Assembly (NCBI GenBank): GCA_030038075.1
Contig: JASHPO010000091.1
Span: 571-64,570 of the forward strand
Origin: Nitrososphaerales archaeon
GTDB taxonomy: Archaea > Thermoproteota > Nitrososphaeria > Nitrososphaerales > CADDZS01
Direction: 5' to 3'
DNA length: 64,000 nt
The position numbers and the translations under genes are program-made. Below the pieces are notes generated by a model. That model worked only from the letters and a program-made list of their open reading frames with translations, had not been told where the DNA came from and searched no databases. Shown here piece after piece: positions 47,994-57,021 of the stretch (position 1 is the stretch's first letter; every line of letters begins with the position of its first letter).

Positions 47994-48447
47994 TTGGCAA
48001 AAGCAAAGAGTACGGTTTCGTTAGCATTTTCTGCAATCATTGTAATTGTACTAATCGCCATAGCAGGCTTTGGGATCTTTCTCGATGTCACTTAAACCGA
48101 AGTGCAACCAATTGCTGTACAACGACTGTCAGCAACGCTCCCAAGCTTCCTCCTCGTCCAATGTGACAACTTCCATAACAACCTGCGTTCAAACTGCTCA
48201 ATCTGGGATTTACGTTTTGGTTCTAAACGATTCTTCAGGTGCGGCACTCGAAGGAGTTCAGATAGCTGGGAATGTCAAGTGGCTCTGCGGTTCTTACGCG
48301 CCACCAGGTTATTTTGTTGCAACACAGAATATCAGCGCAACGAATACTTCTTCCGATGGAACGCTCTTCATTGGTTCTATCGTTGGAAACTATTCACTAA
48401 CTCTTCCGCTGTCGTGTGTTCCTATATCTGAAAGTGGCAAGGACTAG
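47994..48447 (+). pseudogene. leader-family member 5, frameshifted just after the TM anchor
   Basis: TTG 47994 encodes MAKAKSTVSLAFSAIIVIVLIAIAGFGIFLDVT and stops at TAA 48093-48095. The ectodomain (SLKPKCNQ..GIYVLVLNDSSGAALEGVQIAGN..) continues in the +1 frame to 48447. Confidence 0.6.
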
Positions 48448-48452
48448 AAGCC

Positions 48453-48770
48453 ATGCAGAAAAAAGAACAAAACTCTCCACATGTCGCCACCAGACCGGAA
48501 GAATTGGCACGCTTCTGCCTTTTCATTTACATTGCCGCCACTGTTTCCTCCACTTTTCTGTTCCTCGTTTCACTAGCAAATCCTTACAACAATGTGTTAG
48601 ATGGTTACACCTTCGCTGGTGCTCTGGGTTTATGGTTTGTAGCACTTTTCAGCGGAGCGTTCGAGTGGAATTACTCCAAAAGAGCATCAGTTATCATGCT
48701 TGTTGCTCTTCTGCTCTTGACTGTCGTCGGCGTACTCCGATGGATGTTCGTCCTTCAGGGTATTGATTAG
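48453..48770 (+). CDS. small membrane protein
   Basis: 105 aa with three predicted hydrophobic helices. Confidence 0.5.
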   Translation: MQKKEQNSPHVATRPEELARFCLFIYIAATVSSTFLFLVSLANPYNNVLDGYTFAGALGLWFVALFSGAFEWNYSKRASVIMLVALLLLTVVGVLRWMFVLQGID

Positions 48771-48873
48771 TTTCCTCGTGCTTTTCAATTCGTCCCATCT
48801 CTTCCTCCTCGTAGTGGTCGATTCTAACCTGGTGAAAATATTTAGATAATCGGATGTAAGTACCAATTCCGAT

Positions 48874-49128
48874 TTGCCTTCTCAGTCGGAAGTCACACTG
48901 AAAGTTGGAAAGAAAGGAGAAATATTCACCAGCGCCGAACTGAGAAAACGAGCCAGAATTAAGGAAGGCGGCCAGGTAAAAGCTAGCGTCGTAGGAAATA
49001 AGCTCATCATAGAAGCGATACCTTCAATCGAAGAGCTGTTGAGCAGACCGCCGATCATGCGTACTACAACAAGAGTAATTGAGAAGATCAATGAAGAAAT
49101 CCAAAAGGCAGAGGGAATCTATGGATGA
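48874..49128 (+). CDS. vapB: AbrB/SpoVT-type antitoxin VapB
   Basis: 84 aa with EVTLKVGKKGEIFTSAELRKRARIKEGGQV. 8-nt ATGGATGA overlap with the toxin gene. Confidence 0.65.
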   Translation: MPSQSEVTLKVGKKGEIFTSAELRKRARIKEGGQVKASVVGNKLIIEAIPSIEELLSRPPIMRTTTRVIEKINEEIQKAEGIYG

Positions 49129-49597
49129 ACTTTTGCTTGATTCTTCATATCTTTTTCCTCTATTCGGCATAAAGTTAGAATACAAGAACTTTGAAGCGGT
49201 ATTTCCAAGTTCGTTATCTCAAAGATTTGTCGTGAAGTACAATCCAGTTTCACTGATTGAGGCAAAATGGTACGTTCTTAGAGAGTCAAAGAAGAAGCGA
49301 GAACACGAAAACCTCGTTAAGAGCTATCGGACAGGGTTGTCGTCCCTCCAAAGGGATAAGAGACTTGAAAGTACTTTGCTAACAAACGAAAGGATCGAAG
49401 AGCTGTCTGACTCTTTACTAGCTACATTTGAGGTCAAGGATTATTTTGACAGAATAATCTATTCAACAGCCGCTAATTTGCAATGTACATTCCTAACCGA
49501 AGATGACCAGCTACATAACTTGTTTGACAACGCTAAGAATAACCTAATGAAACCAAAAGAGATCAAGAAGTGGAAAGATATTCTGCCCAGCCTTTGA
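49121..49597 (+). CDS. vapC: PIN-domain toxin VapC
   Basis: ATG 49121 gives MDELLLDSSYLFPLFG, and a later segment reads IIYSTAANLQCTFLTEDDQL. Confidence 0.65.
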   Translation: MDELLLDSSYLFPLFGIKLEYKNFEAVFPSSLSQRFVVKYNPVSLIEAKWYVLRESKKKREHENLVKSYRTGLSSLQRDKRLESTLLTNERIEELSDSLLATFEVKDYFDRIIYSTAANLQCTFLTEDDQLHNLFDNAKNNLMKPKEIKKWKDILPSL

Positions 49598-49742
49598 CGT
49601 AAACAGTTCGAGAGAAGTGTCGAAAGTCATATTCAAAGACCTGATCTGTTTTTCTGTACCCGTACCTAAATCAAATGATGTGCCGGAGTGAAATGACGTC
49701 ATACAAATTTTGCAAGAAATTAATTGTTATCATTGGAATAAT

Positions 49743-49859
49743 CATTGAAAACAATAGGGGACCCCCTAGGAGGGGGATCGAAGCTAGCTAATGTCTTTCG
49801 AGTCATGGCAGGTCTTTGGTACAGGTCTTTTGTTCAGGTCTCCCATCTCGTCAAACGTC
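49743..49859 (+). repeat. inverted-repeat copy A (core 117 bp)
   Basis: It aligns to the reverse complement of 58019..58134. The last 52 nt differ at 2 positions. It contains 3x CAGGTCT at 13-bp spacing and G/C palindromes. Weaker similarity continues to about 49925. Confidence 0.85.
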
Positions 49860-49960
49860 GAGTTTCCTCTCGGATGTTTTCGCCCTATGTTATGGGAAAA
49901 TGTTTCGAGAGTGCCGCAATTGATAACGATTAATAGTATGATAGCTCAATAAGAAAGCAA

Positions 49961-50242
49961 ATGAGCGCAATATCAGCCATAGTCCCGATAATCCTCCTAT
50001 TCGCTGACGGCCTTATCTTCGGCGTCGCGGCGAAAAAGGGAGTAATGTCCGCAATACTCATAATCGTCGGCCTGATTCTCGCAGGTGCAATCGGACTGAC
50101 AATTCCGTTCCTCACGACGGCAAACATCTGGAGCCACGTCGTCAACATAGCCACTTCCCAGGCAAAGCACATCGGACCTGTATTCTACACGATGCCGATC
50201 TTCTGGATCATCGGATTTGGAATCGGCCTCTGGAAAGGCTAG
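49961..50242 (+). CDS. small three-TM membrane protein
   Basis: 93-aa hydrophobic ORF about 100 nt downstream of repeat A. Confidence 0.55.
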   Translation: MSAISAIVPIILLFADGLIFGVAAKKGVMSAILIIVGLILAGAIGLTIPFLTTANIWSHVVNIATSQAKHIGPVFYTMPIFWIIGFGIGLWKG

Positions 50243-50277
50243 CTTTACATATTTAGCCGCTACGCCTCATTGAAAAG

Positions 50278-50595
50278 ATGCGCCACCCCGTCACCGATAT
50301 CGCGCTGCTCGCTTACATCGCCAAGAAAAACGCGCGGGTGGTTAGTTATACGGAAGCTACGAAGGCTTGCAAGAGCAGCAGCTCAGCTTCAAGGGCGCTC
50401 CACCAGCTCATAGGCGAGGGACTTATAGAACCCAAGCCGAAATTACAGGGACTGCGCTACGTCACGCAGTACGTGGTAACTCCACGCGGAAGGCAGGTCG
50501 CAGAACTCGCGCTACAGCTGACGCAACTGAGAGAAGCCGCAAGATCAAACTCTGAAGAAGCGCCAAAGGCGGCGAAGAAAGCATCACTTTCTTGA
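50278..50595 (+). CDS. winged-helix (MarR-like) DNA-binding protein
   Basis: 105 aa. YTEATKACKSSSSASRALHQLIGEGLIE is HTH-like. Basic C-terminal tail. Confidence 0.5.
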   Translation: MRHPVTDIALLAYIAKKNARVVSYTEATKACKSSSSASRALHQLIGEGLIEPKPKLQGLRYVTQYVVTPRGRQVAELALQLTQLREAARSNSEEAPKAAKKASLS

Positions 50596-53262
50596 GACGG
50601 TCTTTTTCAGCACGTAATCGAGTATCCCGCCGCTGGTAAAGTAATCCTTCTCGACAAGAGAGTCAATCCTCACAATCAAGTCAGCCGAGACTTTTTCCCC
50701 GTTCTTCCGGGTAACAGTCAAGCGCGCAGTAGATCCATTCTCCACAGCCGCCTTTATTTCGCTAACGTCGTACGTCTCGCTCCCGTCAAGAGACAAGGAC
50801 TTTACGCTCGCGTCCTTTAGCTGAAGCGGAAGCACGCCCATTCCAACAAGGTTGCTCCTGTGAATTCGCTCGAAACTTTCCGCGATGACCGCCTTGATAC
50901 CGAGGAGCTTCTGACCCTTTGCAGCCCAATCTCTTGAGCTGCCGCTTCCAAATCCCTTCCCTGCGACGACAACTAACGGAACTCCTTCCTCCTGATATTT
51001 CATAGACGCGTCATAAATTGGAAGTACTTCTCCGTCCGGAAAATGCTTTGTCTGCGCCCCCTCGGTACCGCCCATGATTGCATTCTTGATCCTGGGGTTT
51101 GCAAACGTCCCCCTGATCATCACTAGGTGATTCCCTCTTCTCGAACCGTAGGTGTTGAAATCATCTTCCGCAACGCCCTTTGAGAGAAGGTACTTGCCCG
51201 CGACAGATTTCGAGCTGAAAGCTCCCGCCGGAGAAATGTGGTCCGTGGTGACGTAATCCCCGAGGATCAAAAGCGGCCTCGCTGACCTAATATCCGAAAT
51301 CTCCTCTTCGCGCCCCATCCTCTCCTGATAATCGACAAAATAGGGCGGCTGCTGGATATACGTGCTATTTTCGTCCCACTCGTATTGCAGTCCGGTCGGC
51401 GCCTCTAGTTTGTTCCACTCTGAATTCTGGTTGTATACCTGCGCGTACCTTGACCTGAACATATCTTGGCGAATCTTCGTCTCGTATTCGAGTACCTGCT
51501 TGCCCGAGGGCCAGACATCCTTCAAATAAACCGGATGTCCATCTCTATCCTTTCCAAGCTCTTCTCTAGTGAGATCTTTCAAGACACTACCGGCGAGCGC
51601 AAAAGCCACAACCAGCGGCGGCGACATCAAAAAGTTCGCCCGAACGTCCTGATGAATTCTCGCCTCAAAATTTCTGTTACCCGACAGCACGGCAGCGGTC
51701 GTCAGGTTGTTCTCCCTGATTGCCTTGCTCACCGGTTCAGGAAGTGGCCCGCTGTTTCCAATGCAAGTAGTGCAACCGTACCCTACGATTCCGAAACCGA
51801 GCTTGTCCAAGTATTGGAGCAGACCTGTCGCTTTGAGATATTCCGTGACCACCATCGAGCCCGGCGCCATGCTCGTCTTGATCACTCTCGGCACTTCGAG
51901 ACCAAGCTCGACCGCCCTCTTTGCAAGGAGACCGGCCGCAATCATCACGCTAGGATTGCTCGTGTTCGTGCAGCTTGTGATCGCAGCGATGACAATGTCC
52001 CCGTCGGAAAGCGTGTAATCCTTGCCCTCGTAGCTCAGCGCAGCTTTTTTCTTTCCAATCGAGGGAAACGCCTCAGCAAAGTGAGTGCCCACATTTCTGA
52101 GATCAACTCTTTCCTGTGGGAGCGTAGGCCCCGCAACGCTTGTCTCCACATTTGCAAGGTCGATCTCGATTTCCTGCGTGTAATCGATTTGCCCGTCAGC
52201 GGGGACGCCGAACATTTCTTGGGCGATAAAATATTTCTTTACGAGATCAATGTGCGCGTCAGATCTCCCGGTCAACTTCAAGTATCGAAGGGTCTCTTCA
52301 TCCACCGGAAACAGCGACGCGGTTGCGCCGAACTCCGGCGTCATGTTGGAAATCGTTGCTCTTTCCGCGACCGTGAGCGCCTTTACTCCCTCACCGAAAA
52401 ACTCCACGAACGCGTCCACCACTCCTACCTCGCGAAGCTTCTGCGTGACAGTCAGTACTAAATCAGTGGCAGTAACTCCTTCTCTCAGACGACCTGTAAG
52501 ATGCACCCCAAAAACCTTGGGCGTGACGAACGTGACTGGCTGCCCCAATAGCGCCGCCTCTGCCTCGATTCCTCCTACTCCCCATCCGAGGATTCCCAGA
52601 CCGTTGATCATCGGAGTGTGAGAATCCGTTCCAACCAGCGAGTCAGGGTACGCCAGAGTTTTCCCGCCGAGGTCTTGTTGCATCACGACGCTCGCAAGAA
52701 ATTCCAGATTTACCTGATGAACGATTCCAGTGTCAGGCGGCACGAGCTTTAATTTGTGAAACGCCTGCTGGGCCCACTTTAAGAATTTGTAGCGCTCCCT
52801 GTTTCTCTCAATCTCCTTCTCCGCGTTGATCTGAAACGCGGCGCTGCTTCTGAACGCATCAACCTGGATCGAATGGTCTATTACAAGGTCAATAGGAATC
52901 TCGGGCTCTATCACCTTCGGATCCAGTTTCAATGACGCCGCCGCGTCGCGCATTGCAGCAAGATCAACTAGCGCTGGAACGCCTGTCAGGTCCTGCATCA
53001 AAACCCTCCCGACCTTGAACGGTATCTCTCTGTCAGCGGGAGACGGCGCATTCCAGTTGGCAAGAGCTTCAATGTCAGAATCGGTTACGGCCTTCCCGTC
53101 CTTGTTTCGAAGCAATGACTCGAGCAAGATTCGGATTGAAATCGGAAGCCGAGATATTTTTACGCCCAACAGCCTTTGGAGATTGGGAAGAGAGTAATAC
53201 TCGATCCTCTTCCCCGAAATTGTAAATTCATCTACTACATTGACTAACTGAAGGTCTGGCAT
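50584..53262 (-). CDS. acnA: aconitate hydratase (AcnA/IRP type)
   Basis: 892 aa with the cluster-ligand region ITSCTNTSNP and GCTTCIGNSG, plus typical N- and C-terminal domains. Confidence 0.95.
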   Translation of the reverse strand: MPDLQLVNVVDEFTISGKRIEYYSLPNLQRLLGVKISRLPISIRILLESLLRNKDGKAVTDSDIEALANWNAPSPADREIPFKVGRVLMQDLTGVPALVDLAAMRDAAASLKLDPKVIEPEIPIDLVIDHSIQVDAFRSSAAFQINAEKEIERNRERYKFLKWAQQAFHKLKLVPPDTGIVHQVNLEFLASVVMQQDLGGKTLAYPDSLVGTDSHTPMINGLGILGWGVGGIEAEAALLGQPVTFVTPKVFGVHLTGRLREGVTATDLVLTVTQKLREVGVVDAFVEFFGEGVKALTVAERATISNMTPEFGATASLFPVDEETLRYLKLTGRSDAHIDLVKKYFIAQEMFGVPADGQIDYTQEIEIDLANVETSVAGPTLPQERVDLRNVGTHFAEAFPSIGKKKAALSYEGKDYTLSDGDIVIAAITSCTNTSNPSVMIAAGLLAKRAVELGLEVPRVIKTSMAPGSMVVTEYLKATGLLQYLDKLGFGIVGYGCTTCIGNSGPLPEPVSKAIRENNLTTAAVLSGNRNFEARIHQDVRANFLMSPPLVVAFALAGSVLKDLTREELGKDRDGHPVYLKDVWPSGKQVLEYETKIRQDMFRSRYAQVYNQNSEWNKLEAPTGLQYEWDENSTYIQQPPYFVDYQERMGREEEISDIRSARPLLILGDYVTTDHISPAGAFSSKSVAGKYLLSKGVAEDDFNTYGSRRGNHLVMIRGTFANPRIKNAIMGGTEGAQTKHFPDGEVLPIYDASMKYQEEGVPLVVVAGKGFGSGSSRDWAAKGQKLLGIKAVIAESFERIHRSNLVGMGVLPLQLKDASVKSLSLDGSETYDVSEIKAAVENGSTARLTVTRKNGEKVSADLIVRIDSLVEKDYFTSGGILDYVLKKTVSRK

Positions 53263-53278
53263 ACTCAGTTATTCGGCT

Positions 53279-55012
53279 TTACAATATTTCAGCCTTGCCG
53301 GTTACATCTGCACTGAGTCTCGGCGAGCAAACCGCTCCGTCGGAAGCGGAGCCCACGAGCGACGCGTATTTAGCCAGCGCGCCCCACTCGTAATTCGGCT
53401 TTGGTGCTTTCCATTTTGCTCGTCTCTTCGCGATTTCCTTCTCAGAGACAAGGAGATCAATAGTTTGCTTTTCAATGTCGATTAGAACATCGTCTCCTTC
53501 TTGAACCAGAGCAATCGGACCTCCAACCATGGCTTCAGGAGAAACATGCCCGACCATTATGCCGCGCGTAGCACCTGAAAACCTGCCGTCGGTGACTAGC
53601 GCGACCTTTTCGCCGAGGCCCTGCCCGACAATCGCCGCGGTAACCTGAAGCATTTCCCTCATGCCCGGCCCACCCTTTGGACCCTCATACCTGATGACTA
53701 GGATGTCGCCCTTTGATATGCTCTTCTTGTCAACAGCGTCAAAAGCTAATTCCTCCCTGTCGAAGACCCTCGCCCTACCCTTGAACTTCCTGATGTCCAG
53801 TCCGGCCACTTTGACGACAGCGCCTTCGGGAGCAAGCGATCCTCGCAAAATGACGTCGGTTCCCATCGGCCTTATCGGCGAATCAACCGAGCGGACCACG
53901 TCCTGATCCTTGAGAAACTTTGAGGCCCTAACATTTTCCCTGACGGTCTTGCCGGTAATCGTAAGGCAGTCGTCGTGGAGCAGTTTCTTCTCGAGCAGCT
54001 TCTGCATGATCAGGGGAACGCCACCGACTTTGTCGAGGTCGTACATCACGTACTTTCCGCCGGGGCGAAGATCGGCAATATGCGGAACTTTCTTTCGTAT
54101 CCGCTCGAAATCATCCAGGTCCAGTTTAACACCGCTCTCCTTTCCGAGCGCGATCAAGTGCATGATCGCGTTCGTCGAACCTCCAATAGCTTGCAAAACG
54201 CAAATCCCGTTCTCGAACGCCTCGAAAGTTAGAATGTCCCTCGGTTTCAAGTCCTCCATTATCGCATTAAGGACGGTTCGGCCGGTCTCAAAGACTGCCA
54301 GGGCCCTTCTCCCATCAACGGCCGGCGGCGTCGCGCTCCCCGGCAGCGCCAGTCCGAGTGCTTCACTCATGCACGCCATCGTGTTCGCGGTGTAAAGGCC
54401 CCCGCAGGAGCCGGCCCCAGGACAAGACGCGTCTTCCACCTTCTTCAGATCCTCCATGGAAATACGGCCGCTCTCGAAAGCGCCTACAGCCTCGAAGACA
54501 TCCTGTATCGTGACATTCCTTCCGTCAACAACTCCAGGCATTATGGTGCCGCCGTAAACAAACGCGGAAGGCAGGTTTAGCCTCGCCATCGCCATCATCA
54601 TTCCAGGAAGACTCTTGTCGCACCCGGCAATCCCGACGAACCCGTCATACTGGTGCGCCCTGATCATCAATTCCACAGAGTCCGCGATGATCTCCCTGCT
54701 CACGAGAGATGATTTCATCCCCTCCGTTCCCATCGCGATTCCATCGCTCACAGCTATAGTCACAAACTGCCTAGGAGTGCCGCCGGCTACCGCGATCCCT
54801 TCTGAAGCTTTGTTCGCGAGCAAGTTCAGGTGGACGTTGCAGGGAGTCGCCTCATTCCAGGTGTTTGCAACTCCCACGAGCGGTTTCGTAAGATCCAAAT
54901 CGCTGAGGCCCATTGCTTTGTAGTACGATCTGTGGGGCGCGTTTTTTGCCCCCTCGAGAACGGCGGCGCTGGCGAGCTTTCTTTTCTGGGAGGAGACGAG
55001 CTTTTGAGGCAA
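53279..55012 (-). CDS. ilvD: dihydroxy-acid dehydratase
   Basis: 577 aa with [26 protein letters not shown] and TDGRFSG motifs. Confidence 0.95.
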   Translation of the reverse strand: MPQKLVSSQKRKLASAAVLEGAKNAPHRSYYKAMGLSDLDLTKPLVGVANTWNEATPCNVHLNLLANKASEGIAVAGGTPRQFVTIAVSDGIAMGTEGMKSSLVSREIIADSVELMIRAHQYDGFVGIAGCDKSLPGMMMAMARLNLPSAFVYGGTIMPGVVDGRNVTIQDVFEAVGAFESGRISMEDLKKVEDASCPGAGSCGGLYTANTMACMSEALGLALPGSATPPAVDGRRALAVFETGRTVLNAIMEDLKPRDILTFEAFENGICVLQAIGGSTNAIMHLIALGKESGVKLDLDDFERIRKKVPHIADLRPGGKYVMYDLDKVGGVPLIMQKLLEKKLLHDDCLTITGKTVRENVRASKFLKDQDVVRSVDSPIRPMGTDVILRGSLAPEGAVVKVAGLDIRKFKGRARVFDREELAFDAVDKKSISKGDILVIRYEGPKGGPGMREMLQVTAAIVGQGLGEKVALVTDGRFSGATRGIMVGHVSPEAMVGGPIALVQEGDDVLIDIEKQTIDLLVSEKEIAKRRAKWKAPKPNYEWGALAKYASLVGSASDGAVCSPRLSADVTGKAEIL

Positions 55013-55066
55013 TCTATTTCACGGAGTTTTTAATCTGGACATGCAATTACCTATAATGGTTATGTC

Positions 55067-55321
55067 ATGACGACGCACCGGATCACAGTCTTGTCGAAAG
55101 AGGGATGCCACTTGTGCGAAAGGGCGATCAGCACTCTGAAGGAACTCTCGGGAGATTTTGTCCTAGAAATAATTGACGTTTCAAAAGACTGTTCGCTTGA
55201 AGAATATCTTCTCAGGATTCCGGTCGTTCTAAAGGACGGCGAGATAGTCTTCGAGGCAGAACAGTTAGCTTTGCTGGATGATTGCAAAAGAAATCTTTCA
55301 AAGCTCGCTTGCAGTACGTGA
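55067..55321 (+). CDS. glutaredoxin-like thioredoxin-fold protein (CxxC)
   Basis: 84 aa with ITVLSKEGCHLCERA. Confidence 0.65.
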   Translation: MTTHRITVLSKEGCHLCERAISTLKELSGDFVLEIIDVSKDCSLEEYLLRIPVVLKDGEIVFEAEQLALLDDCKRNLSKLACST

Positions 55322-55370
55322 CCCAATTTCTTTTATCCGAGAAAATCGCCCGTTTGAGACAAGTTCAGTC

Positions 55371-56648
55371 TTGACAGACAGCCTCTCAGTAAAGGACAAT
55401 CGCACCGGAAAACAGTACGAAATTCCGATTGCTGAAGATGCGATAAGAGCTGCGGAGCTAAGAAAGATCAAGGTCTCAGATTCCGAGCTCGGCGTGCTGT
55501 CTTATGATCCGTCACTTGCAAACACCGCATCATGCCGTAGCAAGATCACCTTCATCGACGGCGACGCGGGGATATTGAGATACCGCGGCTATCCGATCGA
55601 AGAGATTGCCGAGAAAAAGGAATACCTCGAAGTCGCCTACCTCCTGATCAACGGAGAGTTCCCCTCGAAGGGCGAGTACGAGACGTGGTCCAAAAATATC
55701 ACCTACCACACGAACGTCCACGAGAACGTCAAAAAGTTCATGGACGGCTTTCACTACGACGCGCATCCTATGGGAATGCTCGTTAGCTCCGTCGCGGCGC
55801 TTTCGACTTTCTACCCTGACGCGAAGCAGATTTTCCAGGAACAATCAAGGCAGCTCCAAATTTACAGACTCGTTGGAAAAATCCCGACTCTGGCAGCCTT
55901 CGCGTACCGGCACTCGCAGGGAATGCCCTACAACTATCCGAGAAACGATCTCTCGTACTCCGAGAATTTCCTCTCGATGATGTTTCGCCCGCCCGGGTAC
56001 TCGCCCTACCACCCCGATCCAGTGCTCGCAAAGGCCTTGAACGTGCTTTTCATCCTGCACGCAGACCACGAGCAAAACTGCAGCTCGACCGCCATGAGAG
56101 TCGTCGGCAGCTCGCACGTCGATCCTTTCAGCGCGGCCGCCGCAGCAATCGCCGGATTGTACGGACCCCTGCACGGCGGGGCGAACGAAGAGGTCGTGAG
56201 GATGCTCGAGGAGATCGGCTCGAAGGAAAAGGTGCCGGAAATAATAAGACAGGTGAAAGAGGGAAAGAGGCTTCTCTTCGGCTTTGGACACCGCATATAC
56301 AAAAATTACGACCCGCGAGCGCAAATAATCAAAAAGATGGCGGACAACGTCTTCGGCGTAACGGGGAAAAACAGTCTCCTCGAAATCGCGCTCGAACTTG
56401 AGAAAACGGCCCTTTCGGATGACTATTTCATAAAGAGAAAATTGTATCCCAACGTCGACTTTTACTCCGGCCTGATTTATCAGGCGATCGGGCTCCCAGT
56501 TGAAATGTTCCCCGTCGTTTTCGCGATAGCGAGAATGTCCGGCTGGCTCGCGCAGTGGCAGGAGATGCTGCTCGACTCCGAGCAAAAGATTGCGAGGCCG
56601 CGGCAGATCTACACCGGCTATGCCGAGCGGCACATCGACAGCAAATGA
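55371..56648 (+). CDS. gltA: citrate synthase (longer type)
   Basis: GPLHGGANEE, GFGHRIYKNYDPRA and MSGWLAQW are present. TTG 55371 gives MTDSLSVKDNRTGKQYEIPI. The track ORF starts at 55278 and overlaps the upstream gene. Confidence 0.9.
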   Translation: MTDSLSVKDNRTGKQYEIPIAEDAIRAAELRKIKVSDSELGVLSYDPSLANTASCRSKITFIDGDAGILRYRGYPIEEIAEKKEYLEVAYLLINGEFPSKGEYETWSKNITYHTNVHENVKKFMDGFHYDAHPMGMLVSSVAALSTFYPDAKQIFQEQSRQLQIYRLVGKIPTLAAFAYRHSQGMPYNYPRNDLSYSENFLSMMFRPPGYSPYHPDPVLAKALNVLFILHADHEQNCSSTAMRVVGSSHVDPFSAAAAAIAGLYGPLHGGANEEVVRMLEEIGSKEKVPEIIRQVKEGKRLLFGFGHRIYKNYDPRAQIIKKMADNVFGVTGKNSLLEIALELEKTALSDDYFIKRKLYPNVDFYSGLIYQAIGLPVEMFPVVFAIARMSGWLAQWQEMLLDSEQKIARPRQIYTGYAERHIDSK

Positions 56649-56676
56649 AATATGCACGTGATCTTCGTTTAATACT

Positions 56677-57021
56677 ATGATAAACAAGATAACGTCGTTC
56701 GCGGTCGTCGTGCGCGACGAGAAAGCTTCGGCAAAGTGGTTCAAGGAGAAACTGGGCTTTGAGGTAAAGTCGAGCGACGGGCACTGGGTCACTGTCGCCC
56801 CCAAGGGCGCTCGAGGTCCTGTCCTGCATTTGTGCAAGACAAAGCCGCTCGAAAAGGGAAACACCGGAATCGCTTTTCTCACCAAAGATCTGGAAAAAGA
56901 ATATGAGATTCTCTCCAAAAAGGGAGTAAAGTTTACCGTAAAGCCCCGAGACGACGGCTGGGGTTTGTACTCGATGTTCAAAGACCCTGACGGGAACGTC
57001 TTTTGGCTCATGCCCGACTAG
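56677..57021 (+). CDS. VOC (glyoxalase) family protein
   Basis: 114 aa with FAVVVRDEKASAKWFKEKLGF and FKDPDGNVFWL. Confidence 0.7.
   Translation: MINKITSFAVVVRDEKASAKWFKEKLGFEVKSSDGHWVTVAPKGARGPVLHLCKTKPLEKGNTGIAFLTKDLEKEYEILSKKGVKFTVKPRDDGWGLYSMFKDPDGNVFWLMPD

Noticed and set aside
55845-57011. 388-aa ORF on the minus strand, plus similar long antisense ORFs at 51466..52461, 44..655, 91..723, 33502..34080, 2662..3135 and 3706..4107.
   Set aside because: Each lies antisense to, or out of frame with, a gene that has clear enzyme motifs (citrate synthase, aconitase, dehydratase, glycosyltransferase, PhoU, GNAT). Their translations are Arg/Ser/Gly-rich and low in complexity. They are typical shadow ORFs.
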